From contig OZ316898.1 in assembly GCA_973895155.1 (NCBI GenBank), positions 188,751 to 252,750 of the forward strand: a stretch of 64,000 nucleotides of DNA, given 5' to 3'. The position numbers were made by a program, and so were the translations under genes. Origin of the DNA: Marsupella aquatica. Lineage: Eukaryota; Plantae; Marchantiophyta. A model generated the notes under the pieces. That model ran no database searches, was not told the origin of the DNA, and saw nothing but the letters and a program-made list of their open reading frames with translations. Positions 1-12,741 of the stretch are shown in pieces. The stretch's first letter is position 1; each line of letters starts with the position of its first letter.

Positions 1-778
1 TGATTTAAAAAAACCCTATGATTCTTATAATTCTCAAAATTGGATTAAAATAACCCTAATGTTCTTCAACAAAAATTTAAAAGTATTTCATTAAACCCAA
101 TAAAAAACCCTATACTGATTCGCGCGTGATGGGTCGAAGAAAAGAAGTGAGGACCCCGGGCTTTGATCACGGTACTCATTGCTTATAGCGCATGAAACAA
201 CCTTCAAGTGTAGAGTACACTTTCCAAACCGCCAGAGCACAATGTGAACAGTTGGAATGAAACTCGTCTGGAGGGCTTACTCGAATGTATGCCCCCCTCA
301 AAGGATCATTGTTTTTTGGATTCAACGGACATACGACCCAACCTACGGATGAGAATGGACCAACGGGGAATATCGACCCAACGGGTGCTAACGTTCATTT
401 CATTATGAACTTAACCGACAAAACTTCAACGGTAATACTCATTCTGGAAGGCATATTATTGGCTAACACCTGGCGCTATCAAAAACAAAGTCATTTCCAT
501 GTCATTTTCGTTGCTTGAAAATTCCAAAAACATGTTATTTGGATAACCTCGGGCGCTATAAAAATAAGAGTCACCCAGAACATGTCCCCAAAAGAATCTG
601 AATCCAAGTTTTGCAATGGTCTTTGGCATGAAGCCAGACGCTAAATTGAAATATACAACTTTCATATTTCTCCAAGCTCACTAGTGAACACAATATACCA
701 ATTTGACTACAAATCTTTGTTAATGTCTGAACATTTTTATACAATGGAAATGATACAAATGGGGTTCTCATAACTGAT

Positions 779-2320
779 CTACTCAGATGACTCTATCTCA
801 CTACTATCGGATCTATCGGTAGACTCCACCTCATCGTCCACAAACTCACTCCGGCACATGTCATCCACAAATTTGTTCACCAAAAACTTCCTATCGGAAC
901 CTCTCCTAAGTCTCAGACCTTTTGTTTCCCAAGACAATGTCCGAGACCTCTCTACTTTTCTGGCGGCTTTCTCAGCATAGGATGGGAGAATAAATGGTTT
1001 TTTGGGTGTAATCTCCATAGCTTCAGCGATCATTTTCCAGAGTTCAAACCTTCTCCGCGTATTCCACTTCGACCTGAAAGTTTCATCCATATTAAAACAA
1101 ACACTAAGTTTACCAAAAATATGTTGCTGAAAACAGTCGTACATTTGGAGTGAGCTTACGAGCATTACTCAGAAGACTCCTCATCCTCGGAATCATATTT
1201 TGATCCTGAGGGATTTATTTTCTCTGCCTCGTTGTCTCCTAGATTGACAACTGGAACCTCTTCCTCATCAGATTCCCCAGCAACATCCGGCTTGCTCTCT
1301 TCGGAATCAAAGTTCAAAATTGATCGTACTCTGTCCAACTTCTCTTTCCCTGTCCTTGACAATCTCTTCTCTGGAGTCAAAGTTGACTTTGGCTCCAAAA
1401 GGTCAGCTAAGGTACACTTTGAAGCCGTGACAAACTTTGTTCGCCCTTCCACCCCAACAACAAATCTACCACAATAGTCTCCCGCCACGAATGAACTTCC
1501 TGAGCAACAGGTCCAGTCGATCACAATATCCCCTAGACAGGAGATGATCTCTATAACGGACTGCATAAAACCAATTGTGAGCTGCCCATTTTGACAAGCC
1601 ACAAGTTCTGGCATTGGATTCGACTTTAAAGACGAAAGTCCTATCAGATTTGTAATTGATCGAAGGATCTTTGGAAGGCGACAATGGACGGAACTTGGGA
1701 TCTTTTGGTATTGTTGATTTTCTCAAAACCCAAGTATATCCAACCGCAGCGTGAAGATCTACAAAACAATAGAATAGTAAGGTCGTGAAACAAAAATATG
1801 TAGATGTATATTGATATACAAGATTAGCGCCTGGCGCTGGCCAAAATGGATGATATACAAGATTAGCGTCTGGCTTTGGCCAAAATGGATGTCATTCATT
1901 ACCTGAATGTCAGACTTAGGTTTGTACATAGGAAAGCCCATGACAACTGTATACGATGCAATACAATCAAAATTTTGCGACTGTTGGCATGCAGATATCA
2001 CTTCCAAAATCTGGTCATACTCTCCAGTGTGAAGAATAGCCAGAAGTCCGTCGACCAAAAGGAAAGGGTTCATTGCGCTAAAGAAAGCCCCAGGGAGAGA
2101 GTGGTCTTGCACATTCCATTTCGGGACTTTCTTGTCCAAAAGTGATGGCCTCAATCCGATAGGCAAATATAGAAATCTTGCATCGACACCAAATGCCCTA
2201 ACTTTGCCACCTCTCATAACCCCCTTCGACCAAGAACCCAACTTCACAAGATTCTTCCCTAGGCCTCTACCCACTAGTAGAAACCGGGGTAATTTAGACC
2301 ATACCTTATAGGACTAAGCC
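779..2320 (-). pseudogene. Transposon-type gene with beta-class amino (N6A/N4C) DNA methyltransferase-like fold; frameshifted and 5'-truncated
   Basis: ORFs 1759-2274, 1466-1726, 1165-1614 and 779-1165 can be linked by GT-AG introns (about 1759-1903 and 1073-1168) plus frameshifts. FLYLPIGL...VPKWN resembles a degenerate motif IV (DxPY). It precedes FMQSVIEIISCLGDIVIDWTCCSGSSFVAGDYCGRFVVGVE, which resembles motif X/I (GDxVLDPFxGSGT...GRxxIGxE). Confidence 0.6.
1812..1889 (+). repeat. 39-bp tandem duplication in a predicted intron
   Basis: tgatatacaagattagcgYctggc..tggccaaaatgga at 1812-1850 and 1851-1889. Confidence 0.9.
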
Positions 2321-3156
2321 CACTAAGTCCTTCTTCCATACTTTAAATGACTCGCATCCATTGCCAAGGTTTTGTTAAAGACTATAAAAGACTTTGAGTG
2401 TTTTCCGGTTTAGTTAAAGACTATGAAAAGTAACCTTGCTACTTTGTGAAGGGTGAACACTCTAGGACATCATGGGTTTTGTTCTTGGAATCACTCTAAA
2501 GGTCCACACAAAGACTAGTATAATACAACGTCTTACAAGGGTTCATGATAAGAGTATACTTAAGAAGGACCGGCGACATGCTACTTTTTGGCCTAAGTGC
2601 TTAAGGACATGCCTTGTGTATATCACCAACCTTAACTAACATTGCACCATAAATATCCATGTAACGGGTACTTTTCATAACTTAGGGTACAACTGTACTG
2701 GAGGGCTTAGGGTGGTTTCTAACCGGAACCGGAACTAATGCATCACTATAACCCTAGCTAGGTACAACTCCCACACCATGATATATTCCGCATTGCCAAC
2801 TAGTGTCATTTTAATAGGGTCATGGCCACTAATTGGCACAATGAACAGTCTAGCCCGTGATTGATTTTAGTCTAAATGATGGTGCCTTTTGATCCAAGAT
2901 TAATTCCACAAGGGGGGGGGAGGGTTAGGGTGGGGCACAACTAATTAAGTGGCCATGACTTTGTCACCAAAGGATTTTATTTAAATTTATCCTTAACCCG
3001 TGTTAGTTTTGTGTCTTTTGTTGCCTAACACTCTGGCGTGGACGTACTTATTATGCTCAACGGGTCACCTCAACGGAAACGAGCTTACATGACTGCTTGC
3101 ACTAAGTCTTGGGTTAGGGTGAGTGTGCTTTGGTCATCATAGCAAATTAGGAATAT

Positions 3157-3299
3157 TGTTGTAACTCATACTTGAGTTAAGTCTACCTTTGGGATAACTA
3201 CCTATGTAACTACCCTAACTACTTAGGCCGTAGCCACATGTACATATTCTACCAAGAGTAAAGATGGAACCAACTCTTTGTCTCATTTCTCCCACAACA
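3157..3299 (+). repeat. 5' LTR (143 bp)
   Basis: tgttgtaactc...ctcccacaaca, identical by eye to 7161-7303. Confidence 0.95.
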
Positions 3300-3313
3300 C
3301 GTTATCAGCACGA
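3300..3313 (+). other. Primer-binding site, half-tRNA-Ile type
   Basis: CGTTATCAGCACGA directly after the LTR; complementary to the tRNA-Ile anticodon arm (CGTGCT[A/I]ATAACG), not to a CCA 3' end. Confidence 0.75.
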
Positions 3314-4527
3314 GCCTAAGACTGGCTGAATTTTTTTTTAGGCCATGACTGATTCACTCTAAGACGAAGAAAGAAGGGAAAAGACGTGATTCGAATGTGC
3401 CAAAGTTTTTTTTGCGAGAGCTGCTTGAAGCGCTGCACGAGCAATTTTTCTTTGGAAGAAAGGCCAAGGAAGAATTGATCCCAGCTATGGTGAATTGAAT
3501 ATCAAGGCGCCATCTTATTCGGTGCACGCTTTTCAAGTCAGTATAGCAGTAAGGCAATAGCAACAGTCAGTCAGAGCCAATGTTGTTGACGCGTTCACAA
3601 ATCTGGAAACGAGCCAGCGATTGGAACTCCAGCCATTTCGAGGAGTCGGAAGTTGGTGGCCAAGGTGTTTTCTCACTCCCTGGCGAGCAAGACCCTCACA
3701 CCAACTACATCTTTTATTGATAAGATTTCTAGCGAGCACCAGCTCACTGACGGCTGGTCGTGAGCGCACAACAGATTGGAGTACGACAACCTACTCTATT
3801 TCCTGTGTTTGCTTCCAGTTCTACTCGAGTCTACCGCTGGAGGCATTCGAAATGGACGAAGCAGTAACAGGATGTTGTGATTTCTTTCCCGACACTACGC
3901 TTTCCCGACACTATGCTGACAGAAAAGCAGGACAAACATGGGGAAATTAAACCCGTTGGTCGCATCACTGGAAAACGAAAGAAGGATTTGGAGCAATCGC
4001 GTAAGAAGTGCAAAAAGAAGCAAGTGAAGAAAGTCGCGACTTACAGACCATAGAAAGTAGCGACCTCCACTTCAGGCAGCGAGATCATCACACAAGCAAA
4101 CCGATCCAAGGCGCAGATCACAGCCTCAATTCCATAAGGAACTCGTAAGGATAGCAGGAGATAAGGAAATTTTTCTTAGAAGATTCGAAGAGAACTCAAG
4201 AAGAAAGCAGAACAGGCTATGGCGATTAAAATCTGAAAACGCTCGGGAAGAGAAGAAGAAGAGAGATCGAACAAGAGAGCACTTTTTAGAAAATTGGACA
4301 TAGAAATTCATAAGGCATTCGAGAGGAATCGATAAGGACAGCAAGAATAGAAACGCAAATCGATATCATCACACAAGAGGACCGATCCTGAGAAGCAACA
4401 TTCCCCCAGGGTGAAAAGGATAAGAAGAGCAAGACGACAACAATAGAGAGAAGACGATCAAAAAGCAGAAAGAAGAATTCGATTAGGACATCGCGACCTC
4501 ATAGGGACAGGCCTCGCTCGATAGCCA

Positions 4528-5269
4528 ATGATAGCCGCATGGGATGCAGCTATCTTGGAGCAAAATTTGGCTATCACGGAGAGAATAGTTGCATATGAGG
4601 AGAGAGACGTTGCTCTTCTGCTACGTGACGTAGCTTACGCTGATCGAGATTCCGCCATGGAGGAACGCGATGCTGCTGTTACAACTCTTGATATTTCAGC
4701 GAACAACACCCTTGTCGAAAAGAGGCCATTGGTGAAAGATTCAAAGCTCTTCCATACGCTGAGTATGAAAAAGAATTGTACTATTGTAGGAGTTTTTCAT
4801 CAGGCTCCCTTGTCTTCCACACGGTACAGTGCTGTTGTTCAAGAGCAAAGTGACCTTGGCAAGATCGGCAATGCCAAAAGAGTCAGTTTGTGGGTTTCCT
4901 AGGAAGAGGAAGCTAATAGTGAAATCTACGCTCGATCGCACAGTGCATTCGAAAAGATCATGTCGTTCTCCCCAAGAGCATCGTTTGGAGCTTGGAGATA
5001 GCGACGAGGCCGATTACCTGAAGGGCCCAAACGATGATGTTCACGTTGATAATGTGCGATACCCCATTCCCCACTACTCCTGTATAGGTGTGAGACAGCA
5101 GTGTTACAGATGGGGTAACGGGGGCTGGCAATTCTCGTGTTGCACTACTATGATCTCCATGAACGTTTTGGAACAACTCGGCTCCAAAGGGATAAATGTA
5201 AATTATCCTGTCGATTTGAAGGAGCACTAGGCAAAGCATGGAACTAACCGTTACGTTACAATTCGATAA
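4528..5269 (+). pseudogene. Captured BBR/BPC GAGA-binding transcription factor (class II, alanine zipper), disrupted
   Basis: N-terminal AILEQNLAITERIVAYEERDVALLLRDVAYADRDSAMEERDAA zipper. C-terminal PIPHYSCIGVRQQCYRWGNGGWQFSCCTT...PVDLKEH*AKHGTNRYVTIR*. Frameshift near 4830-4900, internal deletion, and TAG in place of the conserved Trp at 5228-5230. Confidence 0.92.
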
Positions 5270-7150
5270 CAAGACGAAGCATGCTCCGTCATTCAAGATC
5301 GATGACATGTAGGGAAGTTTCCGTCAATCATATTTGTGAAGCTCTCATGACAAGCGCAAAATGTTTTGGTTTCGGGGGCCAAGTGAGGCACACTGGGCGT
5401 TTGCCGAGATGATACGTGGTTATACTGACGCGTCTGCACGAGTTCCACATTTGAAGTATATAATACTGTTGTATTTTGTAAGTTCATGGAGATCTGCGTT
5501 TTGGAACGAGTCATCAGACCTCCTATTTCCAGTCCGTGAAGGCGACCTCATACGGAAGATTGATTCATAAGGAACACCCATACGCCTAATTCCCAATTGA
5601 AAAGATAAGAAGAGAGAAGATGCTACAGAAATCGAACGCAGATCGTGAGCAAGGCAGGCAGGATCGCGAACATATAAAGACAGTCCATGATCGAACGCAA
5701 AGGGAGAAACTGAAAACTTCGAAGGAAAGAATGCGAGACAGCGGAGAAACAATAAGCACCGAAGGCAAGGAGGATAAATCCAAGAACATTGAAGGAAGCA
5801 CAAACCCGAAAAACCAAAGAGAGAACGTGAGGAACGCCAGGAGAGAGAAGGACGTCCAGTGCAGACGGAGATCGTGGTACAAGCTAAAGACGAGACGCCG
5901 GGCAAAGGAGACAAACAAAGAGAAGCCATCAAACCAAAGGAAAGTCCTCCACCTTTTCTTCTAAGAAGACCATTTTACACTAAGTAATGGAGAACTAAAG
6001 AACAAAGAGACTTTCTCTTCAAAAGGAAAGAAAAACCAAACAACAAAGCATGAAGTAAGGACATAAAGAAAGAAGCTGAACTACAGAACCTACATGGCGA
6101 CAAATGATGATTACTTCCACCAATTAATTTCATAAATTCAAGGGGAGATATTTTTCCCAGGGGTGCCTACTACACATAAAATCCCTGTGCCTACTGCACA
6201 TGGAAGCAAATGGGTGCCTACTGCACACCCAGCCAGAAAGGAAAAATATTTGACAAATTGAGGGGGAGACCTCAAGTAAGACTTGACATCAAGCAATGTA
6301 ACCCATGGGATGTGCCTATTGCACAAGTGCCTTTCGCACCAATGAATACCTAAAAATGGAACTCTATTCCATGCATATGGCAAATCATGAAATCTAAGGA
6401 ATTTTTATAAATGATTGAATATGGTGTTAACACAATCACTTACCAATACTTGATGAGGTATACTGGATATTAAAGTACCATATGATAATATGAGGTACAG
6501 TACCAGGTCATAAGGTACCATAAGGTGAGACATGGCATGGTAAGGCACCATAAGAGATGGTGCGCCATACCCCAATATGATAACCCTACGTTGTGGATAT
6601 GGTACGTGATGTGGTGCAAATAGGTTATGCCCACACCAAATCTAGGGTTGGACACCCAATCCAATTCCAAGGCCATGGATTACACCATATCATCTTCGTT
6701 TTGTACTAATACTTTACTTTGTCATGGCATGTAATCGGTGACCATCAAGGAGTCTCCATTTCCAGATTGGAAGGAGACACGAGAAACAATCAACCAAGGA
6801 AGATCTTCAACAAGCCTATAGTGTTGACAAACACCTTAAGAGACTTTGTAGAAATTACACATACACTATATTCTTAAACCCAATTATGTTACACCCATGG
6901 GGATGGTAATACTCTTTCCTCCCACAAAGAAAGTAGGGGAGGTTTTAATGAGGTTACATCCCCCACTTACACTTTACCATGCAACATGAATTATAAGACA
7001 TCTATTAGGAGAAGCTTGACATTCATTTATAGTAGACTTGAGATGGCTACACCATTTATAAAATAGGCTAGACATAAACAAAACCTATTGTATACCACTG
7101 AATATACCCAAAGTAGACTCTTGATTGTAACATTTCAACCCCAATGTTAC

Positions 7151-7160
7151 AAAGGGGGAG
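7151..7160 (+). other. Polypurine tract
   Basis: aaagggggag immediately before the 3' LTR. Confidence 0.85.
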
Positions 7161-7303
7161 TGTTGTAACTCATACTTGAGTTAAGTCTACCTTTGGGATA
7201 ACTACCTATGTAACTACCCTAACTACTTAGGCCGTAGCCACATGTACATATTCTACCAAGAGTAAAGATGGAACCAACTCTTTGTCTCATTTCTCCCACA
7301 ACA
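7161..7303 (+). repeat. 3' LTR (143 bp)
   Basis: Identical to 3157-3299, followed by TSD AATAT. Confidence 0.95.
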
Positions 7304-10300
7304 AATATTGCATTTTAGGACTGGATTTAATGTTGGGCAACCTTAATCCTGATTATGGCACAATAGAATGCCACTATGTGCCGACCATGTATGTGCAAAT
7401 ATGACCATTCATTGCCTTCTTAGGGTAATTTGCCAGGCCATTTTTGCCTTGTTGGAGTCCACTAGTGTTTACAGAACATATGCTTCTGTGCTCAACGGCT
7501 CACCCCAACAGTTAGGGCTTTGTAAATTCCTTCCCCTAATTCTGTTTAAGGGTTTACGCTTAACTTTTGGGCCGGACTAAACTACATGGGCAAGGCGCGG
7601 GAGAATTCTTCGTGACTTAGTGGTCGAAACAAGGTGGTGGGGTCTTGGGTTGGGTGTTCGGGGTTTTGCCAAAGGGTTTTTCATTGACAATGAGCTTTCT
7701 CGATCAGTCCAAGCGTCATGCTGCTCTAAGTGTATACACTCTTGCCATCCCGAGCACCTCACGCAAGCTGTGAGCAGTTGCATCCTCCTGTTGTAAGTGC
7801 ATTGATCTGCCAAGCGTTCAAATGCAAAGCTGCTAGCGTCTACTCCCTGTGCTGGTTGAATGTGTAGCGCTGTCTTGTGACGATTGAAGATTGCCCCTTA
7901 CCTTTTACCGCCATCGCTGAATGCAGGATCGACCCAAATATAGCACCTGTGCAGAGGCATTGGGTGAACATAGTGAATGCCGTTTGTGTCTTGTGCAAGG
8001 TTGTGGGCCTAACGTTCATGAGTCGTGAGCTGCAGACTACATGCGACTCCAAAGGAGGCATTGGGGAGGACACGGTGAAGCAACAAGGAGCGGCGCGGGA
8101 GCTTAGAGTGGGCCAACGCTAGCTGAATCCAATCCAGGAGATGTTGTGCTAAGGTGAGACTCTGAGTTTAGGGTTGCTTCAGTGTCCAAGTAGGTTTTCT
8201 CTTTGCGTCGGCAGCTAGAAGGTAAGCTCGGGGGCTTTACAAAGGGTTAGTGTTGCGGACTTTCCCTCCTGGAAGTTGCGTGTCTTCATTTGCAACTTGT
8301 TTGTGGACCTGTGATCCTGAGACTGTCAAAATTGTTGTGGCCGCACCGACAACTTGATGACGCATTTTGTGGATGCACCGTTAGTAATCGCGACTACAGC
8401 TCTCCAATGATTGCACTTACCATTTTTGACCACCTTGCATGATTTCCATCCGTGGGCTGGACCCCAGGGAGTAGATTTTGGTACATTTTGGTAGATTTTG
8501 TCTATGCCCCCGGTCCTCATTTTGTGCAGTGTCCGCCTGGCACTTGGTTCTTGATCCCTACATTGTCGTCTGCCGCTCGGCTGCTTGCGGAAGGGATCGA
8601 ACAGATTGGAGGTCACTGTGGACTGACATTCAGGCCTGGGTCAAGCAAGGAGGTTAGAGTTGAAGTCGCCTATGCTTGGCCTTCTCTATTTTCTCTGCTT
8701 GCCACTGCCTCTATTGTTGCTTACCATTTGCAGCTGGTGAAGCTGCATGCGGGTTGCATCTATTCTACGGGCACGCTACGGGTGTTTTATGGATTGTGGA
8801 CTTTATGTGGTGCGAGAATCGGTAACAACATGAACCGGACTTTTTTTACAGTCTTGGAATGTGCGTGAGCTGTGAAGGTTGCGCTTCAGAGCTGATATTC
8901 CTGTCGCCGCCTACTCCCATTGTTGTGTGTTCGTAACGTTGTGCATCGTAACATTGGAACTCAAAGCTGAGCTGCGCACTGTCAACCATCAAGCGCTGTT
9001 GCACATTGTCAACCAAGAGGAGATGCCGCATCCCACATTGAGTTGAACATTCAGCTAGGGACCTGAGCTGCGGACTTTCAACCATCGAGCAACGACCAAG
9101 CTTGGCAGCGCTCTGGGATTTATCGGCCACATTGACAAAGCGGAAGACAGAGGTGAGTGTTCGTGCACCGTTAGAGTAACCGTGAGTACTCTATTACATG
9201 CCTTGTTGTTCTCTATTACATGCCTTGTTCTCCCGTCCACTGTTTCCTACGATTTTCTTTCTTCCAGAAGATAATGGTGATTTCTTCTTCAATCAAACAA
9301 AACCCCACCCAACCACCACCCAAGAACGTGGGGTGTGCGCTACTTAATCCTCCTCAAACTGGCCCATTGTTCATTGAAACCCAATATATTACCCCCCGGC
9401 ACCAAGGGACCAGTCCCAACCTGTCTTCCGCTTGCCACCCTCTTCACTCTCTCGCACATCTATCTCCCAATATTTCACGCGTAGCCGAGCCCACCGAAAG
9501 CTCTCTCCCTACAATCCCTCCCAAATCAACTTTCTCGTTTCCTGCTGCTGCTGATGTATGTTTGTTCTCCCCTATTTTTGTTTACTGAATTTGGTCTCTC
9601 CACACTTCTTGCTTGACATTACTGTTGCTTGTAATCATGTATTTCTTCACACTAGAAAAGCAGTCTGTCAGATGAGGTTGTCAGGATTGTCTGTGGGTCA
9701 GTCATCTTACGGACACCTAGCAACGTCAAATGAATGGCGGAAACGGGCCATGTTGTCATTTTGAAATTTGTCTTTCCTTTTGCCATGCTACCCAATCATT
9801 TTGTTAGTCCATGAGTCATAGATTCATAGATTCTATGTTTTGTGCTTTGTCTAGAATGCTATGGCGCCCATGCTACAATTTGTGGTTTTTGTCTAAGCAC
9901 AAATCCTCTCTGTGCCTGGTCTCTGTGTCCGGTCATTTGGATTGATTGTGCAGACGTTTCCTCTTCTCCCAGTCCTTGTCATCCACCAGCCAAAGCACAT
10001 TGGATTGTTTTCAAAGGAGGGCTGTGTAGTTCGGAGGCTTTGATCTATGCAGCAGATTTGAGCAGATTGGCGGTTGTTAGTTTCTTCTTGTAAAACCTGT
10101 CTGTCTTTTATGCTTTTGGACATGCTCCTTCACTTCTTGCTGCAAGCTCAATGTGCTTCAGCTATGGCAATATTCACTTACCCTATCCCAACGGCACTGC
10201 CGTGAGCTGTAGGACAGCCAACAGAAGCAGATTGTATCGATTGCATGTAAGTCAGGGTATTTTATGTATTGCGGAACAACTGTCCAAGTATGCTGCAATG

Positions 10301-12066
10301 GTCGGTCTTGCGCAGCTGAATGAGCCAATTTCATTTTCCTTGTGCACTTCTATTTCTCAGAGAATTCCCTGGTCATGCTCATTTCCCCCAGAGTTAGAAA
10401 ACAAAGAAGAAGAGCTGACTAATTGTAATTCCAATCCATATCCTGATCGGTCAAGGATTGTTCACTACATTGGCCTTGTCATTGGCCGAGGTCACCAAAT
10501 TTTGCTTGGTTTCATTCTTGTGGAGCACTGCTGTGATGGATTTGTCGTAGCATTTTGCAAACTCTCACGGTTTGCTTATGGCCATTATTTGCAATTTGCT
10601 GCTACTAATATGTCTTCTTCTGAGCAGCATACACCGGAAGTAAGCAATAGTGGAGGTTTAACTGCACATCAACACATCCAGTGAACTACCTCTCTGCTGC
10701 TCACTGGAGGGTGAGACTTTCACTCTTTCTGGATATTGTAGTTTGTAAGCAAGTTGATTAGGAGTGTTTCATGCTATGTTTACACTGTGACCCCTAGCTG
10801 GAACCAATGGAATGACACAGTGAGTGGGAACTGATAATTTAAGGTTGGTTGCTGTTGGTGAGGCAAGTACAGCTCTTGCTCACCTTGCTGATCGAAGGTG
10901 CTTATCAGAGGACGTGAACACACAACATCTCCACAAAAGCAACACTTAAGGTGAGGACCCGCAACGCTGAACATGTGCGGCTTGCACGCAAGGCAGAGAT
11001 GTTGCACCTTGAGTATGTCAGACTTGGGATCCTTCCAACCCAATCTGCATGGTACTTTGAGTACCCAGTTGTTGCCAGGAACAACTACAGCCGGCCTGTA
11101 CCTGCTTCTCCACCCTTCCCAACATCCTTGGTATTTCTGTCTCTCGTACATGACCCGCCACAAATTAGGGCCCAAGGGTGTGTGCACAGTTGCCAATATG
11201 ACTGTCCTGCCTGTAGGGCTTCTGGCCTAGAGTTGGATGACCGTTCTCTTGGATGTCGGTTTTTTCACAGAGCACAATGTATCATCTGGAACCACTCGCC
11301 ATCCTGTAGTGTGCCTGGCGATGTCACTTGTCCTGCCCTCCCAGACCCCACCACCGGTCACTCTGGTGTCTACACATGTTTGGATCACACGCTCTAGAGG
11401 ACCACTTGTCACACCGCATGCAAAAACCAGAGACCATTGACCTATAACTTAACACTTTGACTTGAACAGAGAGGATATTTACTTAAGATTTTGAATTATG
11501 ACCAATTTTGGGTCCAGGGTTTAGGGTCAACAGTACATAACTTATCCTATTATGGCTGCACTAAGTACAATATCCTAATTTAAGAGGCTAGCAAGCTCAC
11601 TTAAAAGTCTCCTTTCAAAGACTGGAATTAATGGGCCATGTGATAACCTGGAAAAAGTGATTTATGCCTAACTTATTTGTCTCATTCACTATCATAGCCT
11701 ATTTAGGATGTATAAATTACAACCCTGATCACACTGCTTGATACCAATCCTGTTCAAAAAATGCCTGTTTTACATGTCACGACTGTTATATGTGATTCAA
11801 ATGCATTAAATCTTGTTGCAGATCTCCTTTGGTGAATCATAGCCACAAAATTGAGGTGTAGGTGGAGCTATTGTACGAGGGGATCAGTTTTTAGTGTGGG
11901 CTCAACAAACCAAAAAGTATGTCTACTCTGCACATGTGTGTGAACATTTCATTGCAGTAGCAATTGCCACTCTAGTCTATATGCTACACTGTACTTTTTG
12001 TACACTGCACTAAATTGTATTGTCTGTGCACTCTGCTAAATTGTACTATCTGTCTCATGCGTAGGC

Positions 12067-12741
12067 ATGGCACGCCCTAAAATCCGAGCCAAGAAGCGGG
12101 GGACAGAGGTGAGCAACACAGGTGTAGTTGGGCCAGATGGTAGTAACTTCTCCGCAAGTCAGATTTTCCAGAAGGCAGCTCATTGTTGTGCCATTTGTGA
12201 CGATGGTGGTGGCTTAGCCATATGTGAGGGCCCTTGCATGAGGCATTTCCACCTCAACCCAGAGTCTGACCTTGCTGTAGAAAACAACTGTCCAGGGGTG
12301 GGCCTCCCGTCAGCACACCAGGGAGGCTGGATGTGCACTGATTGTTTGGAGAAGCAGACTAAGTGTGCACAGTGTGGAAAGTTGGGGTCTTATGAGGGCT
12401 CTGTTGATGCTCCACCACTTGTTAGGAAATGCCCTGACAGATATTGTGTGAGGTTCTTTTGTTTTTCATGTTTGCCCGATCTTGCCACAGCTTGCCCACT
12501 TCATAAGTGCAAGGCATGTGGTCAGCACGATGAAGATTTCTGGGTGGACATAGTCCACTGTGTTAGGTGTCCCACCATGTGGCACTTTCATTGTTTGAAG
12601 GAGCGTCAAGCAGAAGGCTATGCTTGTGACAGACACATCTATGATCACTCTGCACATGGTGTTGATCGATGGATCTTCTATTGTCATCGCCATGCCATAG
12701 ATCCTACTTTGCACACTCCCATGAGAGATCACATTTCTTGA
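12067..12741 (+). CDS. Stand-alone EDM2-like composite PHD-finger protein (224 aa)
   Basis: CAICDDGG..CEGPCMRHFH..C..C..C..CGKLGS..CPLHKC..C..CVRCP..WH..CL..YC.RHAIDPTLHTPMRDHI follows the EDM2/NSD-type PHD cassette, including the EDM2-like HxID...TPxRDH tail. Basic N-terminus is NLS-like; ORF is intact. Confidence 0.85.
   Translation: MARPKIRAKKRGTEVSNTGVVGPDGSNFSASQIFQKAAHCCAICDDGGGLAICEGPCMRHFHLNPESDLAVENNCPGVGLPSAHQGGWMCTDCLEKQTKCAQCGKLGSYEGSVDAPPLVRKCPDRYCVRFFCFSCLPDLATACPLHKCKACGQHDEDFWVDIVHCVRCPTMWHFHCLKERQAEGYACDRHIYDHSAHGVDRWIFYCHRHAIDPTLHTPMRDHIS

Larger units (their letters stand above)
3157..7303 (+). mobile_element. Non-autonomous Ty1/copia-type LTR retroelement carrying a captured host gene
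   Basis: Identical 143-bp TG..CA LTRs, 5-bp TSD AATAT (3152-3156 and 7304-7308), PBS and PPT present, no recognisable gag/pol ORF. Confidence 0.95.

Noticed and set aside
7309-11800. Short ORFs upstream of the PHD gene
   Set aside because: No recognisable domain or consistent exon chain; may be decayed cargo or UTR
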